A stretch of 64,000 bases of DNA from Ranitomeya imitator (GCF_032444005.1 NC_091288.1:206522001-206586000); one strand, 5' to 3'. Counted from the stretch's first letter, positions 52,899 through 64,000 are shown. Numbers and translations: made by a program. Notes: generated by a model not told the origin, from the letters alone.

Positions 52899-55800
52899 AT
52901 GCCTTCCATGAGGAGAATTCAGTATCTGCGCCTTGGCGTCCTGGCCATTCTGGTGCTGGCTTTGATAAAGTTTATGTATCAAGGCAGGTGAGTGATCTTC
53001 CCACGCTATCATGAGTTTCTCAGCCTTTGGCCTTTTCACACCTGATTTTAGAAACCAACCACCTTGGAGGCAAGGAAATACACCAGCCGTTTGTAAAGTC
53101 TCCTACTACCCTATGTAAAATGTATATTATGTGCCCATTATAGAGCTGGTGTGTCCTTACTGGGCCCCATCAAGTACCCAAATTACAAGGTGTCCCACTA
53201 GCACTCCCAGCAGTCAGCTGTGGGACAGATGTATAATTTCCCTACAGCTCCCCCACAGGAGGAGCTGAGTATTACTACACATTGCTCTGTGTAATCTGTG
53301 GACCATCTTCTTCAACCGGCCCTCGAATCCCGGCATCCTGGGGGCCACTTCTGATTACTAGACCTTGCGTGACGTCATAACATGAGCTTAGTAATCAGAA
53401 GAGGCCAGCCGTGGATGCCATACTAGGCTCCTGCAAATCTTTTTACCAAACTCCAGATAACATTAAAGAGTAACTAAACTTTCTTATACATTTTTCACAA
53501 TTAGAAGGCACCTGATTCATCTGCAGATTGGTGGGGTCCGGGTCCTGAACCTCAACCGCCCCCCCCCCCCCTTCCCGATCAAGCAATGGACCCCCGAGAA
53601 GTAGGCAGCTCAGCAGACCGGAGCGCACAGGCAGACCGGAATAGAAAGCAGGGGCTCACTTCTCGGGGGTCTATTGCGTGATCGTAGGGGATTTCAGGAC
53701 CTGGATGCCCACCAATCTGCAGGTGGTTCAGGTCTCTGCTAAATATGAAAAATCAAGAAGAAAATGGAGTTATTTTCTAATTCCCGTTTGTGACCTAGGA
53801 CCTTTATGAATAAGGCGGCCAGCATAGAGGGGTAGATAGGTATTTCATGACTTACTGCCATAGGGCTGTGTCTAAATGTTCTGGCCCTGGGAGAACGACT
53901 TGTTGGTGCCCACTGGGAACACATCATCCAATGCCAACTCCTTCTGTAAAATGGGGAGACCTCCTGGAGGGGTTGGCAGGAGTCGGGAGAGAAGGCTGCC
54001 GGAGGAGTCGGGAGAGAAGGCTGCCGGAGGAGTCGGGAGGGAAGGCTGCCGGAGGAGTCGGGAGGGAAGGCTGCCGGAGGAGTCGGGAGAGAAGGCTGCC
54101 GGAGGAGTCGGGAGGGAAGGCTGCCGGAGGAGTCGGGAGGGAAGGCTGCCGGAGGAGTCGGGAGGGAAGGCTGCCGGAGGAGTCGGGAGGGAAGGCTGCC
54201 GGAGGAGTCGGGAGGGAAGGCTGCCGGAGGAGTCGGGAGGGAAGGCTGCCGGAGGAGTCGGGAGGGAAGGCTGCCGGAGGAGTCGGGAGGGAAGGCTGCC
54301 GGAGGAGTCGGGAGAGAAGGCTGCCGGAGGAGTCGGGAGAGAAGGCTGCCGGAGGAGTCTGAACCATTGCTCGCCCTACAGCTGTCTATTGTTTGTGGGG
54401 CTCCTGAATCATAGGTTTCGGGATAAGTGTTCGTTCTAGGTCATCCTAATGCCTTTTTATCGTTATTATTATTTTTTTATTATGTTTTTCTTTTATCGTG
54501 CTATTATATTCCGCAGCGCTTTACATATATTATCACTGTCCCCATTGGGTCTGACAATCTAAATTCCCTAGCAGTATGTCTTTGGAGTATGGGAGGAAAC
54601 CGGAGTACCCGGAGGAAACCCACGCCAATGCGGGGAGAACATATGTCTGTATGGCAGCATTGTCTATAGCATTGTAAAGAATAAAAAGAGCCAGCCCTCC
54701 AGTAGACTGGGCAGAGGAAACAGTAGACTGTATGTACCCCCTGTGGGGACGTTTGGGTTCACACTCCGTCTGTCCATCTCTCCATCTTATCATTTTTTAT
54801 TTCGGTTTGAGCAGATATTGTTCTCATTTTCTTGCCTTCAGTCCTCCCCAGGTGACACAGGCCATAAAGGTAAAAAGCAGGGTTGACTCGTTTTGGGGTC
54901 CGAAAGTGGAAAGTCCGATAGACCCAATTATCAAGGACCTTGCGCCGGAGCCGCCACGTGAGGAGGATACAGTCCTTCAGTCAAAGATGAAGAAAGTGGC
55001 CGGAAAGATGGTGAAAGATTTCAGTCATATTGAGATGAAGCTAGTCCACCTGGATCTGAAGGGAGCGCCCCCAAAAGTGTCCTACTACGAGCAGGTGAGA
55101 GGACCGGCTTATATGGTTCCTGCTATTTGGGTCCTGCGACTGGCCGGAAGCTTCACACCACGTGGAGACCAATGGTTGTGATGCCAAATGGTGCAGCCGT
55201 TGGGTGTCGGGTCTGATTATTAAAGCAAAATTGGAAACAGCCCAGGGTGACTGTGAAACAGAGGAGCGGTTGGAGGCCAGAGATGCCACAGGGGATGGCA
55301 CCATGGCGTACGTCCCAATGCTGAAGGACAAGACCGAGGCACAGCGAGCACAACAAGGCTTACAGATCCAGATATTCCACAGCCTGAACCTGCGCCCATC
55401 TTAAAATAATATCCCTAATAAATCCCTGTATTGTTCCTACATAGCTTAATATCCCTTTTATGGCCTCCATGCAGTATGACGCCCCTCTTACATATTGCTG
55501 CACCCACATTGTCCCCGACACATTGATGCCCTCACATTATTTACCCACAAGGTATGATGCACCTAAATAGTATCATGCCCCCACCAATCTCACCACTGCA
55601 CAGTATTATGACCCCCACAGTCCTCCCCCACACAGTGTGATGCACCCACACAATATGATATGCCCTGGAGTACCCCCACTAAATATCATGTCCCTCAGCC
55701 TCCTCCTCACAGTATGATATCTCTGCAGTTCTCCACACAATATGTTGCCCCCACAATCTTCTCCAACCTCTTTGTAAGGAGAACGCTGACGATCATGTCC

Positions 55801-55969
55801 GTGGCTGATGTACAGTGGGCCCGTAGCCCGGTGACCTGCTGCCTTTTGTCCCCTGTTAGATGTTCCCACTTCTCTCCAAGCTCGGGGCTAACGGCCTGCT
55901 GATCGAATACGAGGACATGTTTCCGTTCAGTGGAGAATTGTCCGTCCTGAAGTCTCCGTATGCTTACAG
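52899..55969 (+). CDS. HEXD: Hexosaminidase D (GH20)-like protein with N-terminal signal anchor, 5' partial; continues beyond the window
   Basis: Exons 52899-52987 ([29 protein letters not shown], phase 2), 54842-55094 (stem plus [21 protein letters not shown]) and 55860-55969 ([36 protein letters not shown]). Matches human [44 protein letters not shown]. It may be a paralog rather than the true ortholog. Confidence 0.85.
53975..54358. repeat. 25-bp purine-rich minisatellite in a HEXD-like intron
   Basis: Unit GGAGGGAAGGCTGCCGGAGGAGTCG. Confidence 0.95.
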
Positions 55970-56156
55970 GTGAGGGGCCGTAGTCACAACGTGCGACCAC
56001 CCGGCCATCATTGTAAAGGGGGGCAGCGAAAACTATTGTATTGAAGGACTAGAGTCTATAGATTGTGCGTGCATGCTGGGAATTGTAGTTTCTGAAGGCC
56101 AATGGCACAATTGTACTAGACACGTAAAGGTCGTATAATGACTGGGGGACAGCGAA

Positions 56157-58878
56157 GATCTCCAGTGCCACAGTATAAGCAGGCTACAGCAGAGCAGACT
56201 CCAGTGCCGCAGTATAAGCAGGCTACAGCAGAGCAGACTCCAGTGCCACAGTATAAGCAGGCTACAGCAGAGCAGACTCCAGTGCCACATTATAAGCAGG
56301 CTACAGCAGAGCAGACTCCAGTGCCACAGTATAAGCAGGCTACAGCAGAGCAGACTCCAATGCAGCATTATACACAGGCTACAGCAGAGCAGACTTCAGT
56401 GCCGCATTATAAGCAGGCTACAGCAGAGCAGACTCCAGTGCCACAGTATAAGCAGGCTACAGCATAGCAGACTCCAGTGCCACATTATAAGCAGGCTACA
56501 GCATAGCAGACTCCAGTGCCACAGTATAAGCAGGCTACAGCAGAGCAGACTCCAGTGCCACAGTATAAGCAGGCTACAGCAGAGCAGACTCCAGTGCCAC
56601 ATTATAAGCAGGCTACAGCATAGCAGACTCCAGTGCCACAGTATAAGCAGGCTACAGCAGAGCAGACTCCAGTGCCACATTATAAGCAGGCTACAGCAGA
56701 GCAGACTCCAGTGCCACAGTATAAGCAGGCTACAGCAGAGCAGACTCCAATGCAGCATTATACACAGGCTACAGCAGAGCAGACTTCAGTGCCGCATTAT
56801 AAGCAGGCTACAGCAGAGCAGACTCCAGTGCCACAGTATAAGCAGGCTACAGCAGAGCAGACTCCAATGCAGCATTATACACAGGCTACAGCAGAGCAGA
56901 CTTCAGTGCCGCATTATAAGCAGGCTACAGCAGAGCAGACTCCAGTGCCACAGTATAAGCAGGCTACAGCATAGCAGACTCCAGTGCCACATTATAAGCA
57001 GGCTACAGCATAGCAGACTCCAGTGCCACAGTATAAGCAGGCTACAGCAGAGCAGACTCCAGTGCCACAGTATAAGCAGGCTACAGCAGAGCAGACTCCA
57101 GTGCCACATTATAAGCAGGCTACAGCAGAGCAGACTCCAGTGCCACAGTATAAGCAGGCTACAGCAGAGCAGACTCCAGTGCCACATTATAAGCAGGCTA
57201 CAGCATAGCAGACTCCAGTGCCACAGTATAAGCAGGCTACAGCAGAGCAGACTCCAATGCAGCATTCTACACAGGCTACAGCAGAGCAGACTCCAGTGCC
57301 GTATTATAAGCAGGCTACAGCAGAGCAGACTCCAGTGCCACAGTATAAGCAGGCTACAGCAGAGCAGACTCCAGTGCCACTGTATAAGCAGGCTACAGCA
57401 GAGCAGACTCCAAAGCAGCATTATACACAGGCTGCAGCAGAGCAGACTCCAGTGCCACATTATAAGCAGGCTACAGCAGAGCAGACTCCAGTGCCACAGT
57501 ATAAGCAGGCTACAGCAGAGCAGACTCCAGTGCCGCAGTATAAGCAGGCTACAGCAGAGCAGACTCCAGTGCCACAGTATAAGCAGGCTACAGCAGAGCA
57601 GACTCCAGTGCCACATTATAAGCAGGCTACAGCAGAGCAGACTCCAGTGCCACAGTATAAGCAGGCTACAGCAGAGCAGACTCCAATGCAGCATTATACA
57701 CAGGCTACAGCAGAGCAGACTTCAGTGCCGCATTATAAGCAGGCTACAGCAGAGCAGACTCCAGTGCCACAGTATAAGCAGGCTACAGCATAGCAGACTC
57801 CAGTGCCACATTATAAGCAGGCTACAGCATAGCAGACTCCAGTGCCACAGTATAAGCAGGCTACAGCAGAGCAGACTCCAGTGCCACAGTATAAGCAGGC
57901 TACAGCAGAGCAGACTCCAGTGCCACATTATAAGCAGGCTACAGCATAGCAGACTCCAGTGCCACAGTATAAGCAGGCTACAGCAGAGCAGACTCCAGTG
58001 CCACATTATAAGCAGGCTACAGCAGAGCAGACTCCAGTGCCACAGTATAAGCAGGCTACAGCAGAGCAGACTCCAATGCAGCATTATACACAGGCTACAG
58101 CAGAGCAGACTTCAGTGCCGCATTATAAGCAGGCTACAGCAGAGCAGACTCCAGTGCCACAGTATAAGCAGGCTACAGCAGAGCAGACTCCAATGCAGCA
58201 TTATACACAGGCTACAGCAGAGCAGACTTCAGTGCCGCATTATAAGCAGGCTACAGCAGAGCAGACTCCAGTGCCACAGTATAAGCAGGCTACAGCATAG
58301 CAGACTCCAGTGCCACATTATAAGCAGGCTACAGCATAGCAGACTCCAGTGCCACAGTATAAGCAGGCTACAGCAGAGCAGACTCCAGTGCCACAGTATA
58401 AGCAGGCTACAGCAGAGCAGACTCCAGTGCCACATTATAAGCAGGCTACAGCAGAGCAGACTCCAGTGCCACAGTATAAGCAGGCTACAGCAGAGCAGAC
58501 TCCAGTGCCACATTATAAGCAGGCTACAGCATAGCAGACTCCAGTGCCACAGTATAAGCAGGCTACAGCAGAGCAGACTCCAATGCAGCATTCTACACAG
58601 GCTACAGCAGAGCAGACTCCAGTGCCGTATTATAAGCAGGCTACAGCAGAGCAGACTCCAGTGCCACAGTATAAGCAGGCTACAGCAGAGCAGACTCCAG
58701 TGCCACTGTATAAGCAGGCTACAGCAGAGCAGACTCCAATGCAGCATTATACACAGGCTGCAGCAGAGCAGACTCCAGTGCCACATTATAAGCAGGCTAC
58801 AGCAGAGCAGACTCCAGTGCCACAGTATAAGCAGGCTACAGCAGAGCAGACTCCAGTGCCACAGTATAAGCAGGCTAC
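56157..58878. repeat. 39-bp minisatellite array with a 1326-bp higher-order duplication
   Basis: Unit CAGAGCAGACTCCAGTGCCACAGTATAAGCAGGCTACAG, giving 13-aa periodic ORFs. Confidence 0.95.
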
Positions 58879-58879
58879 C

Positions 58880-61800
58880 TGTTGTGAATTCTGTGGCAGA
58901 GCTCCCTCCTGTGGTCACAAGTGGTACTTCGGCTGATTCTCTCTGTGAGCTTCCGTTAGTGGAGGGAAGTGGTACTGCGGCTTCTGAGTTTCCTCCCTCA
59001 GGTGATGTGGTGAGGTCGTTAGGTGCTGCTCTACTTAACTCCACCTAGTGCTTTGATCCTGGCTTCCTGTCAATGTTCCAGTATTGGACTTGTTTTCCTC
59101 CTAGATCGTTCCTGTGGCCTGCTGCTCTGCATAGCTAAGTTTTCCTTTGCTATTTTGTTTGCTTTTCTTCTGTCCAGCTTATCTATTCGTTTGCTGGAAG
59201 CTCTGGGACGCAGAGGGTGTACCTCCGTGCCGTTAGTTCGGTACGGAGGGTCTTTTTGTCCCCCTTTGCGTGGTTTTTAGGGTTTTGTGTGGACCGCAAA
59301 GTTACCTTTCCTATCCTCGCTCTGTTCAGAAAGTCGGGCCTCACTTTGCTAAATCTATTTCATCTCTACGTTTGTCTTTTCATCTTTTCTCACAGTCATT
59401 ATATGTGGGGGGCTGCCTTTTCCTTTGGGGTATTTCTCTGAGGCAAGGTAGGCTTATTTTCTATCTTCAGGCTAGCTAGTTTCTCAGGCTGTGCCGAGTT
59501 GCATAGGGAGCGTTAGGCGCAATCCACGGCTGCCTCTAGTGTTGTTGGAGAGGATTGGGGATTGCGGTCAACAGAGTTCCCACGTCTCAGAGCTCGTTCT
59601 ATGTTTTTGGGTTATTGTCAGATCACTGTATGTGCTCTGACCTCTCTGTCCATTGTGGTACTGAATTGCCTAAACATAACAGTACAGGAAGCCAAAGTAC
59701 TAATGATTCTCAATAGAGGGAAAAAAGAAGTTCTGAGACCATTTTTTTTTCTCTGCACTGTGTTTTGCCTTTTTTTTTCCCCTAGACATTTGGGTGGTTC
59801 AGGACACAGGTGTAGCAATGGACATTAGAAGTCTGTCTTCATGTGTGGATCAGCTCTCGGCAAGAGTACAAAAGATTCAAGACACTATTGATCAGAAATC
59901 TATGTTAGAACCAAGAATTCCTATTCCTGATTTGTTTTTTGGAGATAGAACTAAGTTTCTGAGTTTCAAAAATAATTGTAAACTATTTCTGGCCTTGAAA
60001 CCTCGCTCCTCTGGTGATCCAGTTCAACAGGTTTTGATCATTATTTCTTTTTTGCGTTGCGACCCTCAGGACTGGGCATTTTCTCTTGCGCCAGGAGATC
60101 CTGCATTAAGTAATATCGATGCGTTTTTCCTGGCACTCGGATTGCTGTACGATGAACCTAATTCAGTGGATCAGGCAGAAACAAATTTGCTGGCTCTTTG
60201 TCAGGGTCAGGATGAGATAGAGTTATATTGTCAGAAATTTAGAAAGTGGTCCGTGCTCACTCAATGGAATGAATCTGCGCTGGCAGCTATGTTCAGAAAG
60301 GGTCTCTCTGAAGCCCTTAAGGATGTCATGGTGGGATTTCCTATGCCTGCTGGTTTGAATGAGTCTATGTCTTTGGCCATTCAGATTGGTCGACGCTTGC
60401 GTGAGCGTAAATCTGTGCACCATTTGGCGGTATCACCTGAGCCTATGCAGTGCGATAGGACTTTGACCAGAGTTGAACGGCAAGAACACAGACGTCTGAA
60501 TGGGCTGTGTTTCTACTGTGGTGATTCCACTCATGCTATCTCTGATTGTCCTAAGCGCACTAAGCAGTTCGCTAGGTCTGCCACCATTGGTACGGTACAG
60601 TCAAAATTTCTTCTGTCCGTTACCTTGATATGCTCTTTGTCGTCGTTTTCTGTCATGGCGTTTGTGGATTCGGGCGCTGCCCTGAATCTGATGGATTTGG
60701 ATTATGCTAAGCGTTGTGGGTTTTTCTTGGAGCCCTTGCAGTGTCCTATTCCATTGAGAGGAATTGATGCTACGCCTTTGGCCAAGAATAAGCCTCAATA
60801 CTGGACCCAGCTGACCATGTGCATGGCTCCTGCACATCAGGAGGTTATTCGCTTTCTGGTGTTGCATAATCTGCATGATGTGGTCGTGTTGGGGTTGCCA
60901 TGGCTACAAGTCCATAATCCAGTATTAGATTGGAAATCCATGTCGGTGTCCAGCTGGGGTTGTCAGGGGGTACATGGTGATGTTCCATTTCTGTCAATTT
61001 CGTCATCCACCCCTTCTGAGGTTCCAGAGTTCTTGTCTGATTACCGGGATGTATTTGATGAGCCCAAGTCCGATACCCTACCTCCGCATAGGGATTGTGA
61101 TTGTGCTATCAATTTGATTCCTGGTAGTAAATTCCCAAAAGGTCGATTGTTTAATTTATCCGTGCCTGAGCACACCGCTATGCGGAGTTACGTGAAGGAG
61201 TCCTTGGAGAAGGGGCATATTCGCCCGTCATCGTCGCCATTAGGAGCAGGGTTCTTTTTTGTAGCCAAGAAGGATGGTTCGCTGAGACCTTGTATAGATT
61301 ACCGACTTCTAAATAAGATCACGGTTAAATTTCAGTACCCCTTGCCGTTGTTATCTGATTTGTTTGCTCGGATTAAGGGGGCTAGTTGGTTCACCAAGAT
61401 AGATCTTCGTGGTGCGTATAATCTGGTGCGAATTAAGCAAGGCGATGAATGGAAAACTGCATTTAATACGCCCGAGGGTCATTTTGAGTATCTAGTAATG
61501 CCATTCGGACTTGCCAATGCTCCATCAGTGTTTCAGTCCTTTATGCATGACATCTTCCGAGAGTACCTGGATAAATTCCTGATTGTGTACTTGGATGACA
61601 TTTTGATCTTCTCGGATGATTGGGAGTCTCATGTGAAGCAGGTCAGAACGGTTTTTCAGGTCCTGCGTGCTAATTCTTTGTTTGTGAAGGGATCAAAGTG
61701 TCTCTTTGGTGTGCAGAAGGTTTCATTTTTGGGGTTCATCTTTTCCCCTTCTACTATCGAGATGGATCCTGTTAAGGTCCAAGCCATCCATAATTGGCCT

Positions 61801-63983
61801 CAGCCGACATCTCTGAAAAGTCTGCAAAAGTTCCTGGGCTTTGCTAATTTTTATCGTCGCTTCATCTGCAATTTTTCTAGTATTGCTAAACCATTGACCG
61901 ATTTGACCAAGAAGGGTGCTGATGTGGTCAATTGGTCTTCTGCTGCTGTGGAGGCTTTTCAAGAGTTGAAGCGTCGTTTTTCTTCTGCCCCTGTGTTGTG
62001 TCAACCAGATGTTTCTCTTCCGTTCCAGGTCGAGGTTGATGCTTCTGAGATTGGAGCAGGGGCTGTTTTGTCGCAGAGAGGTTCTGATTGCTCAGTGATG
62101 AAACCGTGCGCCTTCTTTTCCAGGAAGTTTTCGCCTGCTGAGCGAAATTATGATGTGGGCAACCGAGAGTTGCTGGCCATGAAGTGGGCATTCGAGGAGT
62201 GGCGTCATTGGCTTGAAGGAGCTAAGCATCGCGTGGTGGTATTGACTGATCATAAGAACTTGACTTATCTCGAGTCTGCCAAGCGGTTGAATCCTAGACA
62301 GGCTCGTTGGTCGCTGTTTTTTGCCCGTTTTGACTTTGTGATTTCGTACCTTCCGGGCTCTAAAAATGTGAAGGCGGATGCTCTGTCTAGGAGTTTTGTG
62401 CCCGACTCTCCGGGTTTGTCTGAGCCGGCGGGTATCCTCAAGGAAGGAGTAATTGTGTCTGCCATCTCCCCTGATTTGCGGCGAGTGCTGCAAAAATTTC
62501 AGGCTAATAAACCTGATCGTTGTCCAGTGGAGAAACTGTTTGTCCCTGATAGGTGGACGAATAAAGTTATCTCTGAGGTTCATTGTTCGGTCTTGGCTGG
62601 TCATCCTGGAATCTTTGGTACCAGAGAGTTAGTGGCTAGATCCTTTTGGTGGCCATCTCTGTCGCGGGATGTGCGTACTTTTGTGCAGTCCTGTGGGATT
62701 TGTGCTCGGGCTAAGCCCTGCTGTTCTCGTGCCAGTGGGTTGCTTTTGCCCTTGCCAGTCCCGAAGAGGCCTTGGACACATATCTCTATGGATTTTATTT
62801 CAGATCTTCCCGTTTCTCAAAAGATGTCAGTCATTTGGGTGGTCTGTGATCGCTTTTCTAGGATGGTCCATCTGGTACCCTTGTCTAAATTGCCTTCCTC
62901 CTCTGATTTGGTGCCATTGTTCTTCCAGCATGTGGTTCGTTTACATGGCATTCCAGAGAATATCGTTTCTGACAGAGGTTCCCAGTTTGTTTCGAGGTTT
63001 TGGCGAGCTTTTTGTGGTAGGATGGGCATTGACTTGTCTTTTTCCTCGGCTTTCCATCCTCAGACTAATGGCCAGACCGAACGAACCAATCAGACCTTGG
63101 AAACATATCTGAGATGCTTTGTTTCTGCTGATCAGGATGACTGGGTGTCCTTTTTGCCGTTGGCTGAGTTCGCCCTTAATAATCGGGCCAGCTCGGCTAC
63201 CTTGGTTTCGCCATTTTTCTGCAACTCTGGGTTCCATCCTCGTTTCTCGTCAGGACAGGTTGAGTCTTCGGACTGTCCTGGTGTGGATACTGTGGTGGAC
63301 AGGTTGCAGCAGATTTGGACTCAGGTAGTGGACAATTTGACCTTGTCCCAGGAGAAGGCTCAACGTTTTGCTAATCGCAGACTCTGTGTGGGTCCCCGAC
63401 TTCGTGTTGGGGATCTGGTTTGGTTATCTTCTCGTCATATTCCTATGAAGGTTTCCTCTCCTAAATTTAAACCTCGTTTCATTGGTCCGTATAGGATTTC
63501 TGAGGTTCTTAATCCTGTGTCTTTTCGTCTGACCCTTCCAGATTCTTTTTCCATACATAACGTATTCCATAGGTCATTGTTGCGGAGATACGTGGCACCT
63601 ATGGTTCCATCTGTTGACCCTCCTGCCCCGGTTTTGGTGGAGGGGGAGTTGGAGTATATTGTGGAGAAGATTTTGGATTCTCATGTTTCAAGACGGAAAC
63701 TCCAGTATCTGGTTAAGTGGAAGGGTTATGCTCAGGAAGATAATTCCTGGGTCTTTGCCTCTGATGTCCATGCTCCCGATCTTGTTCGTGCCTTTCATGT
63801 GGCTCATCCTGGTCGGCCTGGGGGCTCTGGTGAGGGTTCGGTGACCCCTCCTCAAGGGGGGGGGTACTGTTGTGAATTCTGTGGCAGAGCTCCCTCCTGT
63901 GGTCACAAGTGGTACTTCGGCTGATTCTCTCTGTGAGCTTCCGTTGGTGGAGGGAAGTGGTACTGCGGCTTCTGAGTTTCCTC
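58880..63983 (+). mobile_element. Ty3/Gypsy chromovirus LTR retrotransposon
   Basis: The 5' LTR starts TGTTGTGAATTC at 58880 and probably ends ...CATAACA at 59681. A polypurine tract AAGGGGGGGGG lies just before the 3' LTR start at 63868. The 3' LTR matches the 5' LTR only to 63983. Confidence 0.95.
59818..63924 (+). CDS. Gag-Pol polyprotein, single uninterrupted ORF
   Basis: Capsid (PDLFFGDRTKF), CCHC knuckle (CFYCGDSTHAISDC), protease (FVDSGA), RT (YLDDILIFS), RNase H (VDAS...TDHKNL), integrase (HCSVLAGH..CGIC; MDF..SDRGSQF..QTER), chromodomain (YIVEKILD...YLVKWKGY..EDNSW). First ATG at 59818. Confidence 0.95.
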   Translation: MDIRSLSSCVDQLSARVQKIQDTIDQKSMLEPRIPIPDLFFGDRTKFLSFKNNCKLFLALKPRSSGDPVQQVLIIISFLRCDPQDWAFSLAPGDPALSNIDAFFLALGLLYDEPNSVDQAETNLLALCQGQDEIELYCQKFRKWSVLTQWNESALAAMFRKGLSEALKDVMVGFPMPAGLNESMSLAIQIGRRLRERKSVHHLAVSPEPMQCDRTLTRVERQEHRRLNGLCFYCGDSTHAISDCPKRTKQFARSATIGTVQSKFLLSVTLICSLSSFSVMAFVDSGAALNLMDLDYAKRCGFFLEPLQCPIPLRGIDATPLAKNKPQYWTQLTMCMAPAHQEVIRFLVLHNLHDVVVLGLPWLQVHNPVLDWKSMSVSSWGCQGVHGDVPFLSISSSTPSEVPEFLSDYRDVFDEPKSDTLPPHRDCDCAINLIPGSKFPKGRLFNLSVPEHTAMRSYVKESLEKGHIRPSSSPLGAGFFFVAKKDGSLRPCIDYRLLNKITVKFQYPLPLLSDLFARIKGASWFTKIDLRGAYNLVRIKQGDEWKTAFNTPEGHFEYLVMPFGLANAPSVFQSFMHDIFREYLDKFLIVYLDDILIFSDDWESHVKQVRTVFQVLRANSLFVKGSKCLFGVQKVSFLGFIFSPSTIEMDPVKVQAIHNWPQPTSLKSLQKFLGFANFYRRFICNFSSIAKPLTDLTKKGADVVNWSSAAVEAFQELKRRFSSAPVLCQPDVSLPFQVEVDASEIGAGAVLSQRGSDCSVMKPCAFFSRKFSPAERNYDVGNRELLAMKWAFEEWRHWLEGAKHRVVVLTDHKNLTYLESAKRLNPRQARWSLFFARFDFVISYLPGSKNVKADALSRSFVPDSPGLSEPAGILKEGVIVSAISPDLRRVLQKFQANKPDRCPVEKLFVPDRWTNKVISEVHCSVLAGHPGIFGTRELVARSFWWPSLSRDVRTFVQSCGICARAKPCCSRASGLLLPLPVPKRPWTHISMDFISDLPVSQKMSVIWVVCDRFSRMVHLVPLSKLPSSSDLVPLFFQHVVRLHGIPENIVSDRGSQFVSRFWRAFCGRMGIDLSFSSAFHPQTNGQTERTNQTLETYLRCFVSADQDDWVSFLPLAEFALNNRASSATLVSPFFCNSGFHPRFSSGQVESSDCPGVDTVVDRLQQIWTQVVDNLTLSQEKAQRFANRRLCVGPRLRVGDLVWLSSRHIPMKVSSPKFKPRFIGPYRISEVLNPVSFRLTLPDSFSIHNVFHRSLLRRYVAPMVPSVDPPAPVLVEGELEYIVEKILDSHVSRRKLQYLVKWKGYAQEDNSWVFASDVHAPDLVRAFHVAHPGRPGGSGEGSVTPPQGGGYCCEFCGRAPSCGHKWYFG

Positions 63984-64000
63984 ATTGTAGATTGTAAGCT

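Overview
Eukaryotic vertebrate genomic DNA, most likely a frog (inferred from the repeat types and gene sequences; not verified). It has two N-gaps (23948-24283, 27479-27800). Five spliced protein-coding genes were reconstructed by hand from GT-AG junctions and frame continuity: a multi-exon TEX47-like gene (+, 5' end not found), PGP (+, complete, 2 exons), BRICD5 (+, 5 exons, first exon uncertain), MLST8 (-, complete CDS in 8 exons) and the 5' part of a hexosaminidase D (HEXD/GH20)-like gene (+) that encodes an N-terminal signal anchor. The rest is dominated by about 13 minisatellite arrays and by transposons. These include four Tc1/mariner copies of three families, TTAA- and TAA-flanked MITEs, a 5'-truncated Penelope-like element and an ORF-intact Gypsy chromovirus. 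The best leads are: (1) the predicted type II membrane-anchored HEXD paralog; (2) an 11-nt LTR/PBS complementarity suggesting tRNA-independent self-priming of the chromovirus; (3) a variant minimal hammerhead-ribozyme-like motif in the Penelope element, which inserted into the stop codon of a Tc1 transposase; (4) an intron-containing TEX47. Most long ORFs in the supplied track are artefacts of tandem repeats. All homology calls are by recognition, with no database search.
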